Origin: Phototrophicaceae bacterium
GTDB taxonomy: Bacteria > Chloroflexota > Anaerolineae > Aggregatilineales > Phototrophicaceae
Assembly (NCBI GenBank): GCA_049680565.1
Contig: JBAUIA010000411.1
Span: 2,928 to 66,927, forward strand
Direction: 5' to 3'
Length of the DNA stretch: 64,000 bases
Position 1 is the first letter of the stretch. Every line of letters begins with the position of its first letter. Shown here one piece after another: positions 51,200 through 60,549 of this stretch. The notes beneath the pieces were generated by a model. The model was given only the letters and a program-made list of their open reading frames with translations. It did no database searches and had not been told where the DNA came from. The position numbers and the translations under genes were made by a program.

Positions 51200-51640
51200 T
51201 TAGCTGGTTTGAATTGGTCGAATACCACGATAAATGCGGATACCACCAAATGTTTTTAAGATGGTGCGTGCATCACGTCCTGTATCTTCTTCAAGTTCAT
51301 TGGGGCTACGTGGTGTATTGCCATTGGCTAAAAAGACACGGAAAACGCTATCGACCAATGATGTTTGCGGATTGATAAATTCAGGGTCTTTTGCTGCTTC
51401 TTGTAATGCTAATCCGAGTTCATCAAGTTGGAAAATTTCACCTGTTTCAGGATCAATGTAATCAACAATTTGATTATCAGAATTATCAGCAAATTTTTCA
51501 CGTTTTTCTGGTGCTAAATGAGAGAGCATATAAGCGCGTAAATCATTGTTTTCACGCTCCCACCAATCATAATCAATCTGGAATTTTGTATCGAGTGTTG
51601 GTTTAAGTATAGCGCTCGGTTTGGGCTTACTGGGTTGCAT
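51200..51640 (-). CDS. Hypothetical protein (146 aa)
   Basis: Clean ORF. The C-terminal part (SLVDSVFRVFLANGNTPRSPNELEEDTGRDARTILKTFGG) looks winged-helix-like. This is an impression only. Confidence 0.6.
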   Translation of the reverse strand: MQPSKPKPSAILKPTLDTKFQIDYDWWERENNDLRAYMLSHLAPEKREKFADNSDNQIVDYIDPETGEIFQLDELGLALQEAAKDPEFINPQTSLVDSVFRVFLANGNTPRSPNELEEDTGRDARTILKTFGGIRIYRGIRPIQTS

Positions 51641-51744
51641 AAAATGCGGCTCTTTCTACTTGATTTAGTCATCTAATTTTGAGTAGCTCGACTCATGGTG
51701 TCAAGCTACTACTATAATTTTCTCAGATATGCTTTAACGATGCT

Positions 51745-53307
51745 TTATTCCGTCAATGACCAATAATGATTGCCAACGTGTGTGAAATCAGGATTTGCAT
51801 TTAAGGTGGCAAAGATAGGACCCGGCGCACAACGTCGCATCACATTGACAGCACTAAACAATGTCGTTGCATGGACAGTGCCTTGAGGGGTCAGTGTACT
51901 AAGCGCACGAATCAGATCACGCATGATAATCGCAAGTGGCTTTTTGCTCATATTTTCTGCGAGTTTATCGACACCTTCTAAATCATCCACACCAATAATG
52001 ATAAGATCATCATATTCAGCGCCGATTTGTCGTTTTTTGTTTTCAAACTGAATCTGTTTACCATTTGGCGTTAAAATACGGATGTATTCAGTACGCGGTT
52101 TATATCCCTCGTGGCTAACAATGATTTGACCGTCTTCTTCACCCGGTTCTACAGTGACATAAGCACCAACAGGCAAGCGATGTTTGGTGTAGTAGTCTAA
52201 TAAACCGTATACATAACGATTTTCATGAACAACCCAACCATCAAATCTTTCATCATCTTCTTTATCAATCAATTCAACATGGATACGTGGTGCGCGTCCA
52301 AGTGGGAAAATGGCTAAGTTCTTAGCATTTAAAGGCAATGTACCTGCACGGCGATGCGGATAAATGACCGTTGTTGTTGCACGAGGCAAGCGCCCTTCAA
52401 ATTCAATTTCTGTAAATTCATCATCAAGTTCAGTTTCAAGATCAAACATCTCGTCACTGAGTAAGTCATCGTTATATTCAATCGGTGTATAGGCTAGCAA
52501 ACTAGGAATCTCACGAACTGCATCAGGTTCCATACGGCGTAGATACCATAAAACTTCCCCTGAAGGACCAACTTCGTCGAAGCGATCATCATCATTGAGC
52601 GCTAAATTCAATGAGAAAATTTGTAGTTTCATCGGTGCATCACCAATGCCACCAATTTCAGTGAGAATATCTTCCGTGCGTAGTGGTCCACCACCATTCA
52701 TATCCAATACAGCTTCCGATAAATGCAAAACACCAATATCCGTTTCCATCACTAATTCTTCAGGAAACCAATAGCCTGCAACCCGTTTTAATGATTCATG
52801 TTGACGCAATTCCTCATGCACAATGCGCATCACATGATTATCTTCAACTTCCAAGATTTCATCGGGATTGATATTGGTTTGATTGGCAAGAGGGCTGTCA
52901 TCATCTAATTGGCTAAGGGCGTGCGCTTGGGTCAGTGCTACTGCAAATTCACGATATTTATCAGGTAAGTTATTATCGTCATCATCAAATTTAACACTGA
53001 TAACACTATAATCGCCATAATCAGGATTGTTACCTGCTCGTACTTCTTCAACAGTTGCAGTTGCTAATTCCATTGCACTGAAAACAACACGATCCCCAAC
53101 CGCATAAGATTCAGCAGGGTTATAGACGCGTGTATTGGCGTATTGTGCTTCAATAACAGATTGTTCTTCTTCTAATCGTTGCTCTACAATGACTCGTGCT
53201 AATTGACGGGTTGTCATTGGGGTTTCTTCTTCGAGCAATAAATTCATGATGTAATCAATGTCGTCTTGCGTAATTTTAAAATTACGCGCCCAACGGTTCG
53301 CTAACAT
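51745..53307 (-). CDS. Hypothetical protein (520 aa) with HARE-HTH-like N- and C-terminal modules
   Basis: The start is placed at MLANRWARNF, with a GGAGG RBS 9 nt upstream; the track start is 53379. The N-terminus is DIDYIMNLLLEEETPMTTRQLARVIVEQ. The C-terminus is TVHATTLFSAVNVMRR...NPDFTHVGNHYWSLTE. Both resemble the HARE-HTH pattern as I recall it. Confidence 0.6.
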   Translation of the reverse strand: MLANRWARNFKITQDDIDYIMNLLLEEETPMTTRQLARVIVEQRLEEEQSVIEAQYANTRVYNPAESYAVGDRVVFSAMELATATVEEVRAGNNPDYGDYSVISVKFDDDDNNLPDKYREFAVALTQAHALSQLDDDSPLANQTNINPDEILEVEDNHVMRIVHEELRQHESLKRVAGYWFPEELVMETDIGVLHLSEAVLDMNGGGPLRTEDILTEIGGIGDAPMKLQIFSLNLALNDDDRFDEVGPSGEVLWYLRRMEPDAVREIPSLLAYTPIEYNDDLLSDEMFDLETELDDEFTEIEFEGRLPRATTTVIYPHRRAGTLPLNAKNLAIFPLGRAPRIHVELIDKEDDERFDGWVVHENRYVYGLLDYYTKHRLPVGAYVTVEPGEEDGQIIVSHEGYKPRTEYIRILTPNGKQIQFENKKRQIGAEYDDLIIIGVDDLEGVDKLAENMSKKPLAIIMRDLIRALSTLTPQGTVHATTLFSAVNVMRRCAPGPIFATLNANPDFTHVGNHYWSLTE

Positions 53308-53553
53308 GGTTAAACGCCTCCAATCTTGGACGAGTTTGCCTCGGGATTTAAGAAGATGATTGCGTGGCAAAAAAAGCAATCATAAATTAGCTCTAAGTAA
53401 GCTCTAGTAACAAAGTGGTTAATCAGCACAATTGGCTGAGTAATTTTGTAATCTAATGCAAATGTTATGCTCAATATTCTATGATAAGAGCTAAACATAG
53501 CAAACTTAACGTTGCTCATTGTAGCGATTGGTCGTAACCTTGGCAAGCATGGG

Positions 53554-53582
53554 TTGACCCGTAATTTTTCGTCCGTTATACT
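53554..53582 (+). promoter_or_regulatory. Near-consensus sigma-70 promoter for rpmH
   Basis: TTGACC (53554-53559), a 17-nt spacer, then TATACT (53577-53582). It lies about 40 nt upstream of the rpmH ATG. Confidence 0.7.
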
Positions 53583-53623
53583 TATCCGCTGTCCAATGTA
53601 CTGGTTCTTAAGAGAGGTTACCA

Positions 53624-53803
53624 ATGTCTACGAAGCGCACATGGCAACCAAAGAAGCGTCGTCGTAAACGTGTTCATGGTTTTCGCAAACGTATGAAGTC
53701 CAAAGGTGGGCGTAATGTGCTTAAAAGCCGTCGCACCAAAGGTCGTCATAGTCTTGCTGTGAAACCAAATCACGTTAAGAAAACTGACTGGAACGCTTCC
53801 TAG
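53624..53803 (+). CDS. rpmH: 50S ribosomal protein L34 (59 aa, C-terminally extended)
   Basis: Below the ORF-track size cutoff. Manual translation gives [59 protein letters not shown], which matches the L34 signature KRT-x-QP...HGFR-x-RM. An AGAGAGG RBS is present. Confidence 0.93.
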   Translation: MSTKRTWQPKKRRRKRVHGFRKRMKSKGGRNVLKSRRTKGRHSLAVKPNHVKKTDWNAS

Positions 53804-53820
53804 GGAAGTTGTAAAGATTG

Positions 53821-54171
53821 ATGCATAGGCGATACCGTCTTCATCGAAAGAGTGATTTTGAGCGATTACGCCAAGATGGCGCAGTAAAACGACACCCAAC
53901 CGTGGTGTTTAGTTACTGCATAAATGGCTTATCCCATAATAGATACGGTTTTATTACCGCAAAATATTTGGGAAATGCTGTTAAGCGTAATCGTGTTCGT
54001 CGCTTACTTCGAGAGTGTGTTCGCCTACAGCATCCTCACATGAAGCAGGGCTACGATGTTGTTTTCATCGCTCGCCCTCCTATTGTGGGGCAACCTTTTC
54101 AACAGATTCAACGTATAGTGTATGACCTGTTTCGTAGAGCAGGATTTGTGGTAAAGGAGCCAGACTTATGA
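53821..54171 (+). CDS. rnpA: Ribonuclease P protein component
   Basis: MHRRYRLHRKSDFERL...AVKRNRVRRLLRE carries the RNR motif. A TTG at 53818 is an alternative start. Confidence 0.9.
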   Translation: MHRRYRLHRKSDFERLRQDGAVKRHPTVVFSYCINGLSHNRYGFITAKYLGNAVKRNRVRRLLRECVRLQHPHMKQGYDVVFIARPPIVGQPFQQIQRIVYDLFRRAGFVVKEPDL

Positions 54172-54389
54172 AATGGTTAGCCTTAAAATCGATACGGTTT
54201 TATAAGCGGTTCATTTCTCCAGTACTCCCCTCCGCTTGTCGTTTTACACCGACTTGCTCGGAATATATGTATGAAGCTATCGAAATTCATGGTGTTGCAA
54301 AAGGTCTTCGGATGGGACTTAACCGTATTTGGCGGTGTCAACCGATGTATCCGGGTGGATATGACCCTGTGCCGCCGAAGGAGACATAA
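54168..54389 (+). CDS. yidD: Membrane protein insertion efficiency factor YidD
   Basis: YKRFISPVLPSACRFTPTCSEYMYEAIEIHG is present. It overlaps rnpA by 4 nt. Confidence 0.92.
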   Translation: MKWLALKSIRFYKRFISPVLPSACRFTPTCSEYMYEAIEIHGVAKGLRMGLNRIWRCQPMYPGGYDPVPPKET

Positions 54390-54392
54390 TCT

Positions 54393-55577
54393 TTGAATAA
54401 AGTTAGACGAATGGCACGTTGGCAACTTATCGTGCTCGTTTCTATTGTGGCTGTGGTTGTCGCAGGGTGTGCTAATGTTCGACAGGGTGTAGCTTGGCCC
54501 GATCTCGAATTAGTCACTATCAATGAGCAATCACGTGTACTCGTAACCTATAATGATCGCATTGTAGCGATTGATCCTTATCAAGGTGGACAAATTCATG
54601 TTGCTCGTGATGCTGATGGCGAGATCATCCGCAACAGTGAGGGCGAAATTGTTGAATGGAATATTGAACTCAAAATAGGCGGCAATAACCAAACCTTCTA
54701 CGTTTCACCATTCCGTGTTGATGATACATTTGTCTTCCCAACCTATGATAATCGCTTTATCGAAATTGATGTTCAAACTGCTGATGTCCTCAGTGAAGAT
54801 GGTATTCCATTAACGGATGGTGTCATTGCAGATGTTGTTCTCTCAGATGATCTTATCTTCGTACCGTATCGCTCGCGGGATATTGTCGCGCTTGATCGTG
54901 AAACCTATCAAGAAGTGTGGCGATTTGAAACAGAAGATGGTGTTTGGGCAGCCCCCTTGCTCGTTAATGACACCCTTTATGTCACATCAATCAATCACAA
55001 TTTATTTGCACTCAATGCTGCAACAGGTACACCTATCTGGGATGCGCCTGTTGATCTTGAAGGTGCAATTGCATCAACACCATTACTTTACAATGACTTC
55101 CTCTACATCGGCAGCTATTCGCACAAGCTCTATAAAATTAGCCTAACAGGACAAATTGTCGCTGAATATGAAGGTGATAATTGGATCTGGGGAACACCTG
55201 TCATCCTTGATGATACGGTTTACTATACCGATCTCAATGGGTATGTTTATGCTCTTAATGCAACCGATTTGAGCGAAATTTGGGTTGAACGTCCAGCACC
55301 ACGCGGTATTCGCCCAGCGCCACTTGTGACGGAAGATTTTGTTGTCGTAGCGTCACGTAATGGTGTTGTCTATTGGCTTGATCGTGAACTTGGTACGACT
55401 GTACAAGAATTTGAAGTTGATGGCACACCAGAATTGCTATCCGATATTTTGTACTTACCTGCTGATGAAGAACTCGGTCATCCAGAGTTGATGCTCATTG
55501 CTTCAACCGATGCCAAGCGCCTTGTCACAGCATTTAACATGGAAACTTTCAGCCCGCAATGGGTCTACCAACAATAA
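54393..55577 (+). CDS. PQQ-like/BamB-like beta-propeller lipoprotein
   Basis: The signal peptide has the lipobox VVAGC. The motif W-x-x-x-x-x-G-x-x-x-x-P recurs across the blades (LFALNAATGTPIW, YVYALNATDLSEIW). The start could be the ATG at 54411. Confidence 0.75.
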   Translation: MNKVRRMARWQLIVLVSIVAVVVAGCANVRQGVAWPDLELVTINEQSRVLVTYNDRIVAIDPYQGGQIHVARDADGEIIRNSEGEIVEWNIELKIGGNNQTFYVSPFRVDDTFVFPTYDNRFIEIDVQTADVLSEDGIPLTDGVIADVVLSDDLIFVPYRSRDIVALDRETYQEVWRFETEDGVWAAPLLVNDTLYVTSINHNLFALNAATGTPIWDAPVDLEGAIASTPLLYNDFLYIGSYSHKLYKISLTGQIVAEYEGDNWIWGTPVILDDTVYYTDLNGYVYALNATDLSEIWVERPAPRGIRPAPLVTEDFVVVASRNGVVYWLDRELGTTVQEFEVDGTPELLSDILYLPADEELGHPELMLIASTDAKRLVTAFNMETFSPQWVYQQ

Positions 55578-55599
55578 TTCGGAAATGGAGAAACGCTAA

Positions 55600-56454
55600 A
55601 TGTGGGATATTATTCTGAATCCGATGGTTACATTGCTGGTGCTGTTGTACCAAGTATTTAACAATAACATCATCTTATCCATCGTTGTTTTAACGGTTAT
55701 TCTAAGAATGTTGATGTACCCGATTCTCGCAGGACAGCAAGAATCGGCAGCAAAAATGCAAGAAGTTCAGCCACGTCTGAAAAAATTGCAAGAAAAATAC
55801 AAAGATGACCGCGAAAAGCTCGCGGCAGCACAAATGGAACTCTATAAAGAGTATGGTATTAATCCATTTGGTGGTTGTTTGCCAATGCTCATTCAATTTC
55901 CAGTTTTTATTGCTTTGTATTCAGCCATTAACTTCGCTGTGGCATCAACACCATTCCAACTCGTTGACTTATCAGATCGCTTGCTTTTGCCCGGTCTTGA
56001 TGGCTTAATTCCACTCAATAGTATCTTTTTGGGTATGGATTTAACAGCACAACCACTACCACCATCTAATCCTTGGTATGCATTTGCATTACCTGTTTTG
56101 GTGATGGCAACAACATGGTTACAATTCAAGTTGTCAACAGGGTCACGCCCAGCACCAGAACCTGATACATCCGATGATGGTGGACAACCCAACCAAGCCG
56201 CAGCCATGCAACAATCAATGGGTACAGTGATGCCTGTGATGTTTGGGTTTATTTCACTGACATTATCTGTGGGCTTATCCATCTACTTCCTAACATCAAA
56301 TGTTGTAGGGATTATCCAATATAGCCCAATTGGTAAAAAGTTCCTTGATGGTATTTTCCGAAGTAAGAAAAAAGAAGATACCCCTGTCATTGAAGCAGCA
56401 GAAGTCACTAACAAAAAAGGGAAGAAAGCTGCAAAGAAAGCCAAGACCTCATAA
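55600..56454 (+). CDS. yidC: Membrane protein insertase YidC (short, Gram-positive-like form)
   Basis: Motifs MYPILAGQQESAAKMQEVQP and YKEYGINPFGGCLPMLIQFPVFIALY are present, with a basic C-terminal tail. Confidence 0.92.
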   Translation: MWDIILNPMVTLLVLLYQVFNNNIILSIVVLTVILRMLMYPILAGQQESAAKMQEVQPRLKKLQEKYKDDREKLAAAQMELYKEYGINPFGGCLPMLIQFPVFIALYSAINFAVASTPFQLVDLSDRLLLPGLDGLIPLNSIFLGMDLTAQPLPPSNPWYAFALPVLVMATTWLQFKLSTGSRPAPEPDTSDDGGQPNQAAAMQQSMGTVMPVMFGFISLTLSVGLSIYFLTSNVVGIIQYSPIGKKFLDGIFRSKKKEDTPVIEAAEVTNKKGKKAAKKAKTS

Positions 56455-56469
56455 CACCAGCCTATGATT

Positions 56470-56517
56470 AGGAACACACAGTTAAAAATTGTTCTTTCCT
56501 GTGTGTTCCTTTATAAT
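56470..56517 (+). terminator. Hairpin/terminator after yidC
   Basis: AGGAACACACAG (56470-56481) pairs perfectly over 12 bp with CTGTGTGTTCCT (56499-56510), followed by TTATAAT. Confidence 0.65.
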
Positions 56518-56534
56518 AAAAATGATGTATCCAT

Positions 56535-56569
56535 CCGAGCGGATTGTATCTGTGCAACCGCTCGGTTTT
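56535..56569 (+). terminator. Second hairpin plus U-tract in the yidC-jag spacer
   Basis: CCGAGCGG (56535-56542) pairs with CCGCTCGG (56558-56565), followed by TTTTG. Confidence 0.6.
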
Positions 56570-56612
56570 GATAACATGAAACTATAATTTAATAAAAATA
56601 GGATTTTGTATT

Positions 56613-57431
56613 ATGGAATCTATCGAAGCGACTGGCGCGACGGTGGAAGCAGCCGTTAAAGCTGGTATGAAAGAACTGGGTGTCACCAGTCCCTCGCAAG
56701 TAATGGTTGAGGTTATTCAAGAACCTGATGCGGGTATTATGGGAGAAGGTGCGCGGCATGCAATTGTTCGCCTCCTCTTTATGGGAACACGCGCAGGGTC
56801 ATCCCAAACAACATCAATCATCTCAAATCCAACCTTAGCATCACCACAAGGCACAACGCAGATTGTTTCTAATCCTTATGTACCTGAAGATGATGTCAAA
56901 GCTGATGATAGCGACGATGATATTGATAGCAGTACCAGCCAAAAAATTGACTTGGCAGATGCTGCTGAAGATGCTCAAGTTGCAAAAGAGGTGCTGGATG
57001 AGATTTTGCTGCATATGGACATTAAAAGTGATGTCGAAATTCTCCGTGCGGAATCAACCCGTGATGGCGAAAGTACGCACTGGATAATGAACATTGTCGG
57101 TAAAGATATGAGTCGTCTCATTGGGCATCGTGGCGAAACACTATCATCCTTGCAATATTTGACACGCTTGATTGTTAGCCGTAAATTGCAACGTCGCGCC
57201 AATATTATCATTGATGCTGGTGGCTATAAAGCAAAGCGTTCTGATCGGTTGCGTGGATTGGCAAACCGCATGGCAGACCAAGCAATTCGCCAACGGCGCA
57301 TGGTCACCCTCGAACCGATGCCACCACATGAACGGCGTATTATTCATCTAACCTTACGAAAACGGTCTGATGTCACAACGAAAAGTGTTGGTGATGGCAA
57401 AGAACGTAAAGTAACCATTAACCCAGCATAA
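56613..57431 (+). CDS. jag: Jag/KhpB-type RNA-binding protein (Jag_N, KH, R3H)
   Basis: The N-terminus is IEATGATVEAAVKAGMKELG. The KH-like motif is IGHRGETLSSLQYL. The R3H motif is HERRIIHLTL. Confidence 0.88.
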   Translation: MESIEATGATVEAAVKAGMKELGVTSPSQVMVEVIQEPDAGIMGEGARHAIVRLLFMGTRAGSSQTTSIISNPTLASPQGTTQIVSNPYVPEDDVKADDSDDDIDSSTSQKIDLADAAEDAQVAKEVLDEILLHMDIKSDVEILRAESTRDGESTHWIMNIVGKDMSRLIGHRGETLSSLQYLTRLIVSRKLQRRANIIIDAGGYKAKRSDRLRGLANRMADQAIRQRRMVTLEPMPPHERRIIHLTLRKRSDVTTKSVGDGKERKVTINPA

Positions 57432-57446
57432 GGTGGCATAAATCAC

Positions 57447-58295
57447 ATGCAGACTATGAGTTATTTGCTCATTGGTACGATTACTGCAGATATTGTCGCA
57501 GATGGGCGTATTCTAGGAGGCACTGTTTCCTATGCTGCGCCCGTTGTTGACTTATTTGGACATGATATTCGTATCCTCAGTAGTGCTGATCCACATGATA
57601 GCCTACTGAATCCTCTTTTTGACTTAGCAGAAACAAAAATTGTTCCAGCAGAACATACCACCACTTTTTCAAATATTTATCGTCCAACAGGTCGTCAGCA
57701 GATTATTCATCAAACGGCAAAAAATCTTGAGCCAAGGATGCTGCCTGAACAGTGGAAAAATTCTAACTTAGTCCATCTCGCGCCGTTGGCTGATGATGTG
57801 GATTATGGCTTTGCTAATCAATTCCCAAATGCAAAAGTGCTTTTGACACCACAAGGTTATATGCGTCGTTGGGGAGCAGATGGCATTGTTCACTTCAAAG
57901 AATTTTTAGATAAAGATGTTTTACAGGCAATTGATATTTTAGTTTTGAGCAAACAAGATATTTTAGCTGCACCTGAACTCGAAAATGAGTTCCCGAAATA
58001 TGCCGATCATGTTGTGGTGACAGATGGTGAAAATGGCGGAACATATTATCATAATGGGGATAACATGCACTACGATGCGTTCCCTGCTACAGAGATTGAT
58101 CCAACAGGTGCAGGCGATGTATTCGCTGCATCCTTGTTGGCAAGTCTACCATTGGTCAATTTTGATATGTCATCGGCACTGATTGTTGCAGCGCGTTTGG
58201 CGGCTCTCGCGGTAACGGTCAAAGGCTCTAAAATTTCACTATCGTCTACGAATATCCAAACCATGATTCAAGAGGCACTTGATAAAAATGATTGA
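57447..58295 (+). CDS. PfkB-family carbohydrate/nucleoside kinase
   Basis: The C-terminal signature DPTGAGDVFAAS is present. 282 aa. Confidence 0.8.
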   Translation: MQTMSYLLIGTITADIVADGRILGGTVSYAAPVVDLFGHDIRILSSADPHDSLLNPLFDLAETKIVPAEHTTTFSNIYRPTGRQQIIHQTAKNLEPRMLPEQWKNSNLVHLAPLADDVDYGFANQFPNAKVLLTPQGYMRRWGADGIVHFKEFLDKDVLQAIDILVLSKQDILAAPELENEFPKYADHVVVTDGENGGTYYHNGDNMHYDAFPATEIDPTGAGDVFAASLLASLPLVNFDMSSALIVAARLAALAVTVKGSKISLSSTNIQTMIQEALDKND

Positions 58296-59898
58296 TACAA
58301 TTCTTTATAATGGCACGATTATTACCTTAGACCCTCAGAACCCGCGCGTTAGTGCGCTTGCCATTAGTTTTGGGCGTGTCATTGCACTCGGTCACGATGA
58401 CGATGTACTCAATTTAGCGACGGCACAAACCATTAAACATAATCTCAATGGCAAAGTCGTGATCCCCGGTTTGATAGATGCACATCTGCATTTTGAATGG
58501 ATTTCACGCTCATTGAGTTCAGTTGATTTATATGAAGTCCCTTCTAAAGCAGAAGCGCTGCGCCGTATTGATGAATTTGCTAAGGCACATCCTGACCATG
58601 ATTGGATTCTTGGGCGTGGATGGTCACAAGATTTATGGGAAGATGGACAATTCCCAACGGCTGCTGACTTGGATACGATCACAGGCAATCGACCTGCATA
58701 TTTTAGTGCCAAGAGCGGTCATGCTGGTTGGGTAAACTCAGCAGCGATGCGTTTAGCAGGCATCGCTGCTGATACACCAAACCCTGATGGCGGGCAAATT
58801 TTGTATGATGTGGATGGTAATCCGACAGGCGCATTGCTCGAAACGGCAATGGAATTGGTTGTACGTGTCCTGCCAGAACTGACATCTGAGCAATTAGCTG
58901 ACCAGATGAAAATCGCTCACGATCAGATGCTCTCCGTTGGTTTGACAGGATTTCACGATTTTGATGATCCGTCCTCGTTTATGGCAGAGCAAATTCTCCG
59001 CGAACGGGGTGATCTCAGTATGCGGATTGTAAAACAGGTGAAGCAAGAATGGCTTGACGAAGCCTTAGCACTTGGCTTGCGTTGGAACTTTGGGGATGAT
59101 TGGATTCGCATCGGGGGCTTAAAAATTTTTGCGGATGGTGCGCTTGGTCCTCGTACTGCTTATATGGTTGAACCGTATATTGGTGAACCCGATAATTATG
59201 GGATGACCGTTGTCGGTAAAGAAGAAATGATGATGTTGGTGAGTCGTGCTAGTGCAGCAGGTCTGCCCTCAACGATTCATGCCATTGGTGATCGTGCCGT
59301 TCATGATGTACTGGATGTATATCAAGTTGTGCGCCAAGAAGAAGCAGCGCGTGGTGAAAAACCGTCACAACGTCGTCATCGCATTGAGCATGTCCAAATT
59401 ATCCATCCTGATGATAAACACCGCTTGGCTGAAATGGATATTATTGCATCCATGCAACCGATTCATGGTACATCGGATTGGGAACGTGCGGAACGTTTTT
59501 GGGGTAAAGATCGTATTGAATGGGCATATAATGCGCGTCTCCAAATTGATTTAGGTGCAAAAGTTGCCTTTGGTTCGGATTCACCCATTGAACCATTCCG
59601 CCCATTTGAAGGCTTATATTCTGCTGTCGCTCGTCGCCAACCGAATGGCTCTCCATCACCAGAAGGGTGGTTGCCACACCTTAAATTAACTGTTGATGAA
59701 GCATTACGAGGATACACTATCGGGGCAGCTTATGCAGCAGGGATGGAAAACCGCTTAGGTATGCTTGCATATGGATATTATGCTGATTTGTTGGTGATAG
59801 ACCGTAACCCGTATGACACAAAAGGTGAAGAATTGCTCCATACGGGTATATTAGCCACTATGGTAGATGGTGTTTGGCGCTATGGTGGTATTGATTAG
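58288..59898 (+). CDS. Amidohydrolase-3 (YtcJ-like) family metallohydrolase
   Basis: Motifs GLIDAHLHF, HAIGDRA and FGSDSP are present. The ATG at 58288 overlaps the pfkB stop (ATGATTGA). The track start is a TTG at 58279. Confidence 0.8.
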   Translation: MIDTILYNGTIITLDPQNPRVSALAISFGRVIALGHDDDVLNLATAQTIKHNLNGKVVIPGLIDAHLHFEWISRSLSSVDLYEVPSKAEALRRIDEFAKAHPDHDWILGRGWSQDLWEDGQFPTAADLDTITGNRPAYFSAKSGHAGWVNSAAMRLAGIAADTPNPDGGQILYDVDGNPTGALLETAMELVVRVLPELTSEQLADQMKIAHDQMLSVGLTGFHDFDDPSSFMAEQILRERGDLSMRIVKQVKQEWLDEALALGLRWNFGDDWIRIGGLKIFADGALGPRTAYMVEPYIGEPDNYGMTVVGKEEMMMLVSRASAAGLPSTIHAIGDRAVHDVLDVYQVVRQEEAARGEKPSQRRHRIEHVQIIHPDDKHRLAEMDIIASMQPIHGTSDWERAERFWGKDRIEWAYNARLQIDLGAKVAFGSDSPIEPFRPFEGLYSAVARRQPNGSPSPEGWLPHLKLTVDEALRGYTIGAAYAAGMENRLGMLAYGYYADLLVIDRNPYDTKGEELLHTGILATMVDGVWRYGGID

Positions 59899-59901
59899 TG
59901 A

Positions 59902-60549
59902 TTATTCATCAGCACCGTGTGCTGGTGCGCCTAATGGTGCTGTACTAAATACAACATTGTATGGCACGCAATAAATTACAACGGTTTGATACTCATCTAA
60001 GTTGACATCGTCGGGAATGATATAATTTTGATTCCCGACGTTTCCTGATAATGCTCCTAAATCAATATAATCATCGCCAACATCTCCAAATATGCTTGTA
60101 GGCGAATTGCGCGATAAAATTACATGAAGCTGCGGACCATTCGTCACACGGAAATTCTCAAAACGTAAAACACGGCTTTCATCAGATAATTCGTAGATCG
60201 TCGCAACGCCTTCTCCATTATGAACAGCATCAATAAATGTGAATGTTCCTTCACTAATAACGAATGGTGTATCAGTCGGCATATCATCATCCATAGGCGT
60301 GTCATTTGCCATCATAGCGCGTGCTGTATCGTTTGCCATTTCAGGATTTTCATCACTCATATCAATGAGGACAGTTTGTTGTCCTTCTGGCATATTCCGT
60401 ACTGCACTGAGTTCTTGTGATGTGAAGTCTGGGAAGGCTTCATCCACAACATCATTTGTGAAATAAGGACTCCACAACGGAAATGTGATTGCAATGCCTA
60501 TTATTGCAACGATAACGCCCCCTAATAATACTAATTGATTACGCTTCAT
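59902..60549 (-). CDS. DM13-domain protein with an N-terminal membrane anchor
   Basis: The pattern GTFTFIDAVHNGEGVATIYE...LRFENFRVTNGPQLHVILS...VVIYC is typical of DM13. Confidence 0.7.
   Translation of the reverse strand: MKRNQLVLLGGVIVAIIGIAITFPLWSPYFTNDVVDEAFPDFTSQELSAVRNMPEGQQTVLIDMSDENPEMANDTARAMMANDTPMDDDMPTDTPFVISEGTFTFIDAVHNGEGVATIYELSDESRVLRFENFRVTNGPQLHVILSRNSPTSIFGDVGDDYIDLGALSGNVGNQNYIIPDDVNLDEYQTVVIYCVPYNVVFSTAPLGAPAHGADE

Noticed and set aside
53308-53623. A possible oriC next to rpmH. The AT-rich 9204-9922 spacer was also considered.
   Set aside because: I found no cluster of DnaA boxes (TTATCCACA/TGTGGATAA). The only match is a single 7/9 hit, TTATCCGCT, at 53582-53590. No dnaA or dnaN is nearby. 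Whole-genome GC-skew and DnaA-box analysis would be needed.
53310-53899. Minus-strand ORFs 53310..53624 (104 aa) and 53618..53899 (93 aa).
   Set aside because: They overlap the rpmH promoter, rpmH itself and the start of rnpA. The plus strand encodes an unmistakable L34 and RnpA. The upstream hypothetical gene has a good GGAGG-ATG start at 53307.
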